A stretch of 32,000 bases of DNA from Candidatus Lokiarchaeum ossiferum (GTDB taxonomy: Archaea; Asgardarchaeota; Lokiarchaeia; Sigyniarchaeales; Promethearchaeaceae): NCBI GenBank assembly GCA_025839675.1, contig CP104013.1:2790001-2822000 (forward strand), in the 5' to 3' direction. Below are positions 26,076-32,000 of the stretch, piece by piece. Made by a program: the position numbers and the translations under genes. The notes beneath the pieces were generated by a model. That model was not told where the DNA came from, did not search any database, and saw nothing but the letters and a program-made list of their open reading frames with translations. The number at the start of each line of letters is the position of its first letter. The stretch's first letter is position 1.

Positions 26076-26873
26076 TCAGAATAAGACTGATTTCAAAATA
26101 TTAAAGAAATTTGTTCTTGCAAACTTCTCAATCCACGGCTTATGCCCACATTTTTCCAGCAGAAAAAATTTAAAATTCTCAATTTTTTGTTCTAGGGGAA
26201 TTTTGACTCCATTGGCAGGGTGAGGATCATAATCCCCATGAATAGCTACGACTGGACAAAGTATCTTCTCTGCTTGTTGTAATAACTCACCCGATTTTCG
26301 CATACCAATCACTTCATTAAGGGCTTGCTGAAAGTAAGTGCTTCGGTCCAAGTCAAAATGTGGAGAAGGAAAGGATTTTTCAAAAGGGTCTGGATGGTAT
26401 TGATCAATTTTACTGCACAAAGCACCTAATTGGGAAATTAATGAATTCTTATTAGATTCATCGGGATCTCGCAATTTTTGAAGGATCTCCAAATAAAGTT
26501 CTTTTTGGGAAGGATTCATTCGACTTTCGCGAGTCTCCAATAACTTCAGAAAATATTGATGTTCATAGGGTCCGCTTCCTACCAGAATTAATTTTGTGAC
26601 CAAAGCGGGATATTTTGCTGCAAAAAGATACCCCAACCATGCCCCCCATGAAAATCCAAGTAAGGACACAGTTTTCAAATGTAGTAGTTGAATAATTTGC
26701 TTTAGCTCATTTAGTTGCCCTTGTAGGGTTTCTTCTAAGAAATACGGTTCAATAACACCACATTTATCAGCAATTTGGTCTGCTACGGGTGCCATCTCCC
26801 CCCAAGCCCCAGGGCCACCATGTAATACAATAATTTGATAGGGTACAGACCCATGAGTTTTGAATTCAACCAT
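26076..26873 (-). CDS. alpha/beta hydrolase (S33 proline-iminopeptidase-like)
   Basis: VLHGGPGA is an oxyanion HGGPG motif, GFSWGAWLG is a GxSxG nucleophile elbow, and the catalytic region runs IHGDYDPH ... CGHKPW. It lies 17 nt downstream of the preceding minus-strand gene. Confidence 0.8.
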   Translation of the reverse strand: MVEFKTHGSVPYQIIVLHGGPGAWGEMAPVADQIADKCGVIEPYFLEETLQGQLNELKQIIQLLHLKTVSLLGFSWGAWLGYLFAAKYPALVTKLILVGSGPYEHQYFLKLLETRESRMNPSQKELYLEILQKLRDPDESNKNSLISQLGALCSKIDQYHPDPFEKSFPSPHFDLDRSTYFQQALNEVIGMRKSGELLQQAEKILCPVVAIHGDYDPHPANGVKIPLEQKIENFKFFLLEKCGHKPWIEKFARTNFFNILKSVLF

Positions 26874-26890
26874 TTAGAAACACCAGCAAT

Positions 26891-27730
26891 TTACAGCTTG
26901 TCCAACCAGTAGTGATAGCCTAAGTAATGTGCTTTTTCCACACAATATTTTTTACTAGCGGTTCCCCATCGGAGACCTTTTTCAAAATTCGATCGCAGTT
27001 GTTCATAATCCACTATTGCAGATCCACCTAAAATATCAACACCACGATCGAAAAGAGGATCTGGGATAAATCCCGCTGTGGGGCCAATGACTGCTATGTA
27101 CTCTGCACTTGTGCAATACTTTAAAATATCATCCAAAGAATTGTTTAACACTGTGGTACTCGTGATGAGAACTTTATTACACCCCTTTAAACACAAAGGA
27201 TCCAATGTAACCTTCCATTTTGGATGGGTTTGCACCAAGGATTCCTTTTTTTCAATCACGGTAAGCGGGATTTTTTGATCACCTAGCTGTTTTACAAGGG
27301 GGGGGAAAAAACCCACCATTCCGACGTGATCCGTTTTCTTCAAGGCAAAATTACCCATCGAATTGGTAGTAAAGTCTAAAGGAAGCTTACTTTGGTCAAA
27401 AAAATAAGAACTCATCGCATTTATCGTGCCTAGAGCTAGTGCTTTTTGCAGTTCACTACTATGAGAATGACTTAGCCATTGTGCTACTGAAAATGGATTT
27501 TGCCCTGGAAAAGAATCTAATGCAAGTGATGCTGCTTGTTCAAGATATACGGGAGATAAACTTAAATAAATTATGCCGGATGCACCCCCCTCCAATTGAA
27601 TTAGCCCAAAACTTGTTTTTTCGGGGGATTCGGGTGAGTACTGAGGAATATAGATATCTTTAATCATTGGAAAGGGAAATTTTGCATCGATCTCATGCAA
27701 AATTGTCAAAAATTCTTCCGCAATTGTCAT
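26891..27730 (-). CDS. DUF364/DUF4213-like Rossmann-type protein (putative chelatase-like domain)
   Basis: The pattern HVGMVGFFPPLVKQL ... VLITSTTVLNNSLDDILKY ... IAVIGPTAGFIPDPLFDRGVDILGG matches my recollection of the DUF364 family layout. The track start at 27817 is GTG, and I prefer the ATG at 27730 (MTIAEEFLTIL). Confidence 0.55.
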   Translation of the reverse strand: MTIAEEFLTILHEIDAKFPFPMIKDIYIPQYSPESPEKTSFGLIQLEGGASGIIYLSLSPVYLEQAASLALDSFPGQNPFSVAQWLSHSHSSELQKALALGTINAMSSYFFDQSKLPLDFTTNSMGNFALKKTDHVGMVGFFPPLVKQLGDQKIPLTVIEKKESLVQTHPKWKVTLDPLCLKGCNKVLITSTTVLNNSLDDILKYCTSAEYIAVIGPTAGFIPDPLFDRGVDILGGSAIVDYEQLRSNFEKGLRWGTASKKYCVEKAHYLGYHYWLDKL

Positions 27731-28189
27731 CGAGTGTATAAATGCAATGGTGATTATGAAGTTTCTTCTGATGGAAAAGAAAAAGGGATTTCGGATATAA
27801 GAAATCCAAGATCTCACTAAATTCTTTGTATAGACAATGTTTTGAATGATTAAGATCAGTTGATTAAATTATGATTTAGTGCCATTTTGATGAAATTTCT
27901 TCAAAATCTTGACAAGTTTGTCATCTATCGAACATCCATTCATTTGCGGAGACATTTTCTAATAATTTTAAATATTTTGAGAAGAAAATAATACATAATC
28001 ATTTACTACAAACAAAATTGTTGGAAAATAACGGTTATTATAAAATAATAAAAAGATGATCATATTTCGAGTCTTTTGAGGGTCTTTTGAAAGAATGCGT
28101 TTCTATTATAACAGTTATTGAAGAAACGGGTAAGCTTAGTTATAAGTTTTATTTCCGATGATTTTAGAATTAATGGAGAATGACAATTG

Positions 28190-31100
28190 ATGAAACAATT
28201 AATGAAAAGAAATAAAATTCCAATTCGAATCTTATTCCTGGGTATCTTATTCATGATTTTGATACCATCCTTCATTCAAACAGGAATGAATAAAGATGAT
28301 AACTTTGAAAATCCCAGAAATTATTCGAATAGGACCCCAAACAGTCAGGTTGACCCAGAGGGAAATGAAATTTCCGTTGTATTATCGCTTAACACCACAG
28401 AACTTCCAGCAGGGCAATCCATAGGATTTAGCGCAATTTACACTGGGTCTGAAAATCCGGGACTATTGAGAATTTGCACGTCCTATGAAGGATATAGTAC
28501 AGTAGAATATTCCTTTGATATGTATGAAGCAGATCCCGATAATACTGATTATGCCAGTGGAAAAGAATATATTACAAATATTTCACAAAGCCTCTTGTCT
28601 ATCATCATGCCCAACCACTTTGACTTTTATTGTTATGCAATTCCAACCTTTAAAAATGTTGTAGTAGGCTTTAATGGAGATGAATCCAATGTTGAATATT
28701 TTCAAATAGTAACAGCACCACCTATCGTGGATGATATCACTTTATCTCAACACCAAGTTTATTTTAATGAGCAATCCCGCACTTTCCTTGAATGTAGTGT
28801 ATCTGATTTCGATACTGCTTTAGAAGATCTATCGGGAAAAACCTTTCTGAAAAATACAGTCAATGATGAACAAGTGCTAGTTCTAATGCATCCGTTATCC
28901 TATTATGTCTCAGATTATATTTGCAACGAACTTCCTTTCTATAATTATTTGGAGTTTATGTTAAATGACATGGGAGATATTTTTGCTACTGTCGAAGAAT
29001 TAGAAGCAGAAATTAATACCCCCACTTGTTTATACGCTCGGATAGACACGAGATCGGATCCAATTAATACTGTGATCAATTCAGCGGGACCATGTATTCT
29101 AAATTATACAGTTCAAATCACCGATGGGAATGCGTCCTCAAGTTCCGTTCCAATCCTACAAACAGTGAATTTTTATGAGGATATTGAATCCATCAATCGA
29201 CCGAACATAGCACCATCCCTCAGCGCTTCTATCAACCCTAGACCTATTTGGATAGAAAATCCTGTCTACCCGACTATTTCTGTTACTTATTACGATGAGG
29301 AAGATTATCAACCCGACACGATCCGCATGTTCGTTTATGATCCTGCAGGAAATACTCGATCCTATACTCTAGCCTATGACACAGAGAAAACTCCGATTCA
29401 TAATTCCCCAGATGATGGAATTGTTTATTCTATAGATATTGAACCCTATGGGAATCAATTCGAGGATGAAGGAGTCTATCGAGCCTATTTTACTTTTTCG
29501 GATGAGGATAATGATTGCCGTTATCCCCTCGATTCATCTCAAACAGTAAAGCTATTCTATGTCGGAGATTTAGTCGCCCTACTTGGAGGGGAAGTATCCC
29601 AAACCCGGATTGATTATTATGACACGGACAAAATAACTTTTTCGATTGATTATATGCACTATCAGAATACCGCTCCCGATTCAGATGTGATTCTCACCTT
29701 GAAAAATCCACGCAGCGGTACTATAAACACGCATCCTTGTGTTCTCATTGAAACTGATCCAAAAATTTCCAAGGGTACCACTTATACTTACTCAATGCTT
29801 ATCGGAGACACTGGTTTTGAGGATATTGGTACTTATGAATTTTGGTTTAGTACGATGGTTGATAGTACTCCGGTCCAATCCCAAGTGTACAAAGGACCAA
29901 GTGTTAGTCGGGAACAATTTTCAGCCATATTCGTCAATGGTCCAACTCGCGTGCGAATCAATTCCAGCCAAATTCTTTCTTTTGAAACATTTTATCAAGA
30001 TAGATATTCACTCCCTGACAGTGCCAAATTGTATATAATTCCGTTAGGAGAAGAAGAGAATACCACGGAATATAATTTAGCCCATGCAATTAGTGATGTA
30101 GATTATCAAGACGGAGTGATTTATAATATTTCGTTGGTAGAAGGTGAAGGAATTCTAAATCGAACAGGTAGCTATGAATATTGGATAGTGTTCAATCGAG
30201 ATGGGGAGGTACAGCGAATTCCGGGGATGGAAGACAACTATCAATTTTCCATCCATAGTGAAACGACAATTATTTCAACGATAACTGATTCGGAGATCTT
30301 TTTAGAAAAAGGAAAGGGCGAAGAGGCGGAAATCCATTTTACACTTTTAGATCCATTAAATCGATCCTATCTTACCAGTTTCCACAAACCATATTTCAGA
30401 ATTAGATATGAAAATAACACAAAAGATAAAGTTCCTCTTATTTGGGGGGATAATTTGATGGAAGTGGATAAATACGATGATAATTGGGTCGATGGGAAAG
30501 ACTTTTACTTCAAGTTGACGGAGGGTGAAGGTGTTTTAAATGCAGAGGGAGTCATAGAGGGATACCTTGAAATTATACCAGAAGATGGAGATGAAGCATT
30601 ATTTTGTCCAGGACCCCACGAATATACCTATACAACAGTTTTTAAGATCTATGATTATGCAAGTTTTACTTATGATGCAGCGGTCCATTCTTCATTGACC
30701 CCAACAATTGATCAGAATTTTAAGTGGAAATCAGGCGAGGATATTATTTTTATAGTAAATTATTCGCAACCTCAAAATTTCGAACCCAAAATGATTGCCT
30801 TAGCAATCGACGATGGGATTGTTCCTGATCAGAAACCTCACTATCCTATGGAAAAACTTGATCCTTCAGACAACAATTATACCGATGGATGTTTATACTC
30901 GATAAAAGTGGAAATGGGAGGAGAACTTCTACCTTCGATTGGAGACTACTCGTATGATTTTTATTATGGCATCGAACATCACCGAATTTTCAGGGGTGAT
31001 TTGGGACAAGGTGAATTCTATGCATTCACTATAGAAAATGACGCCCCACAACTTTCTAATATTCTTGTAGATGATCCGATTCTAAAAATAGGCGAATCTA

Positions 31101-32000
31101 TTCCAATTGTGGTAAATTATACGGATTCTGATGGCGTAGCTCCCGATGAAATTAAACTTTCCCTTTATAATGAAGGGGACGAAGGCGTTTTTGACCATTA
31201 TACCAATTTTACTATGACCCCTCAGACTGTAAATAACCGTGATTATACAATGGGAGTGCTATATATTGCCATGGTGGAAGCAGGTACATATCGTTTCAGC
31301 GAACTTGGAAATTATTCGTACTGTATTTGGGCTACAGATGGGTTAGAAACAGATTTACTCACCGAAACAGATTCGACTTTATATCCCGAACTCGAAATTC
31401 AAGATTCAATGTTCACGTTATCAGAAGGATCATCAAATCCGGCCGTAGTGAATTACTCGAACCCCACTAATGTCAACTTTTTAGTCTACTATACCGATCC
31501 AGATGGGGACTTTCCAACCTATGTTAATGTGTCGATTTATTCAGGAGATACTCTCGAAACAACCTACGATCTAGCCCAAATTGGAGGAATTCATTCCGAT
31601 ACCACAAGACCAGTTCCTTATGCTATACTTCGAGATGTCACTGCATCTTTAACCCCAGGAAATTATACCTATGTCTTTGGAGCTTTCGATGGAACAACGT
31701 ACTTGGAACTTGCCGATGAAAGCTTCACATTGGAAATACAACCATCTATGTTCACATTATCGGACGGATCTGCAACTCCAGCGGTGGTTAATTATTCGAA
31801 TCCAAGCGATGTCGACTTTTTGATCCACTATACCGATCCGGATGGCGACTTCCCAACCCATGTCAATGTGTCGATCTATTCAGGAAGCACCCTCGAGACA
31901 ACTTATGACTTAACCCTAATTGGATCCTTTTCCGATACCACGGGATTAACCCCCTACGGCATCAGCCAAGATGTTACGGCATCCTTAACCCCAGGAAATT
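28190..32000 (+). CDS. giant secreted/anchored repeat protein, over 1270 aa (3' end beyond the window)
   Basis: Absent from the ORF track because it is open at the window edge. Hand translation from ATG 28190 (stop TGA at 28181-28183 in frame upstream, GGAG at -14) is stop-free to 32000. The N-terminus MKQLMKRNKIPIRILFLGILFMILIPSF is signal-like. It is followed by at least 8 modules sharing YxDxDxxxP...GxYxYxF...DG skeletons and at least 20 N-x-S/T sequons. Confidence 0.85.
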   Translation, partial: MKQLMKRNKIPIRILFLGILFMILIPSFIQTGMNKDDNFENPRNYSNRTPNSQVDPEGNEISVVLSLNTTELPAGQSIGFSAIYTGSENPGLLRICTSYEGYSTVEYSFDMYEADPDNTDYASGKEYITNISQSLLSIIMPNHFDFYCYAIPTFKNVVVGFNGDESNVEYFQIVTAPPIVDDITLSQHQVYFNEQSRTFLECSVSDFDTALEDLSGKTFLKNTVNDEQVLVLMHPLSYYVSDYICNELPFYNYLEFMLNDMGDIFATVEELEAEINTPTCLYARIDTRSDPINTVINSAGPCILNYTVQITDGNASSSSVPILQTVNFYEDIESINRPNIAPSLSASINPRPIWIENPVYPTISVTYYDEEDYQPDTIRMFVYDPAGNTRSYTLAYDTEKTPIHNSPDDGIVYSIDIEPYGNQFEDEGVYRAYFTFSDEDNDCRYPLDSSQTVKLFYVGDLVALLGGEVSQTRIDYYDTDKITFSIDYMHYQNTAPDSDVILTLKNPRSGTINTHPCVLIETDPKISKGTTYTYSMLIGDTGFEDIGTYEFWFSTMVDSTPVQSQVYKGPSVSREQFSAIFVNGPTRVRINSSQILSFETFYQDRYSLPDSAKLYIIPLGEEENTTEYNLAHAISDVDYQDGVIYNISLVEGEGILNRTGSYEYWIVFNRDGEVQRIPGMEDNYQFSIHSETTIISTITDSEIFLEKGKGEEAEIHFTLLDPLNRSYLTSFHKPYFRIRYENNTKDKVPLIWGDNLMEVDKYDDNWVDGKDFYFKLTEGEGVLNAEGVIEGYLEIIPEDGDEALFCPGPHEYTYTTVFKIYDYASFTYDAAVHSSLTPTIDQNFKWKSGEDIIFIVNYSQPQNFEPKMIALAIDDGIVPDQKPHYPMEKLDPSDNNYTDGCLYSIKVEMGGELLPSIGDYSYDFYYGIEHHRIFRGDLGQGEFYAFTIENDAPQLSNILVDDPILKIGESIPIVVNYTDSDGVAPDEIKLSLYNEGDEGVFDHYTNFTMTPQTVNNRDYTMGVLYIAMVEAGTYRFSELGNYSYCIWATDGLETDLLTETDSTLYPELEIQDSMFTLSEGSSNPAVVNYSNPTNVNFLVYYTDPDGDFPTYVNVSIYSGDTLETTYDLAQIGGIHSDTTRPVPYAILRDVTASLTPGNYTYVFGAFDGTTYLELADESFTLEIQPSMFTLSDGSATPAVVNYSNPSDVDFLIHYTDPDGDFPTHVNVSIYSGSTLETTYDLTLIGSFSDTTGLTPYGISQDVTASLTPGN
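31409..32000 (+). repeat. in-frame tandem duplication of a 113-aa module (period 339 bp, with one codon indel)
   Basis: ATGTTCAC(G/A)TTATC... at 31409 recurs at 31748. AACCCCAGGAAATT at 31651 recurs at 31987. By hand alignment the two copies are about 75 percent identical at protein level. Confidence 0.9.

Noticed and set aside
27298-27311. G8-A6 run inside the DUF364-like gene as a possible phase-variation tract
   Set aside because: It encodes an ordinary FFPP segment in frame, and it is shorter and less extreme than the A15 and A11 tracts. I noted it but do not consider it worth a separate claim.
28060-28275. ORFs 28060-28275(-) and 29739-30038(+) in the track
   Set aside because: The first lies antisense across the start of the long stop-free + strand frame that begins at 28190, and the second is out of frame within it. 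The track simply lacks the real edge-truncated gene.
31409-32000. Possible CRISPR-like or non-coding tandem repeat at the window end
   Set aside because: The period is 339 bp, in frame, within a continuous coding frame, and shows a synonymous-site divergence pattern. It is a protein-domain duplication, not a CRISPR array or satellite.

Overview
AT-rich (about one-third G+C by eye) chromosomal window with about 27 protein-coding genes. I found no rRNA, tRNA, CRISPR array, transposase or integrase. An archaeal origin is supported by the conserved gene pair of a small Zn-ribbon protein plus elongation factor aEF-1beta (10066-10562). Confidently recognisable genes are an endonuclease-type MutL, a Cache/HAMP/PAS methyl-accepting chemotaxis protein, a GH2 glycosidase, a CDP-alcohol phosphatidyltransferase, a CPBP intramembrane protease and an LpxH-like metallophosphoesterase. 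Also recognisable are a GNAT acetyltransferase, an ArsB/NhaD-type permease, a flavodoxin-like/2x[4Fe-4S] protein, an S33-like alpha/beta hydrolase, a DUF364-like protein and an LVIVD beta-propeller surface protein. Two real genes are missing from the ORF track because the window edges cut them. One is an N6-adenine DNA methyltransferase (1-784, minus). The other is a giant secreted repeat protein (28190 to beyond 32000, plus). The 57-aa Zn-ribbon gene is also missing because it is short. Several TTG/GTG-extended ORF starts in the track are better placed at internal ATGs. The most interesting content is a set of unusual protein architectures. (1) The giant surface protein is built from at least 8 divergent ~113-125 aa modules that I cannot assign to a named family. 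(2) A Ras-like domain with eroded GTPase motifs is fused to a C4 zinc ribbon. (3) A 7-TM protein carries a roadblock/longin-like cytoplasmic module. (4) A coiled-coil protein has a (CCT)6-encoded polyproline tract. (5) A polytopic membrane protein ends in a winged helix. Together with the composition these suggest an Asgard (Lokiarchaeia-like) genome, but that lineage call and all fold assignments are inference from reading the sequence. No database search was run.
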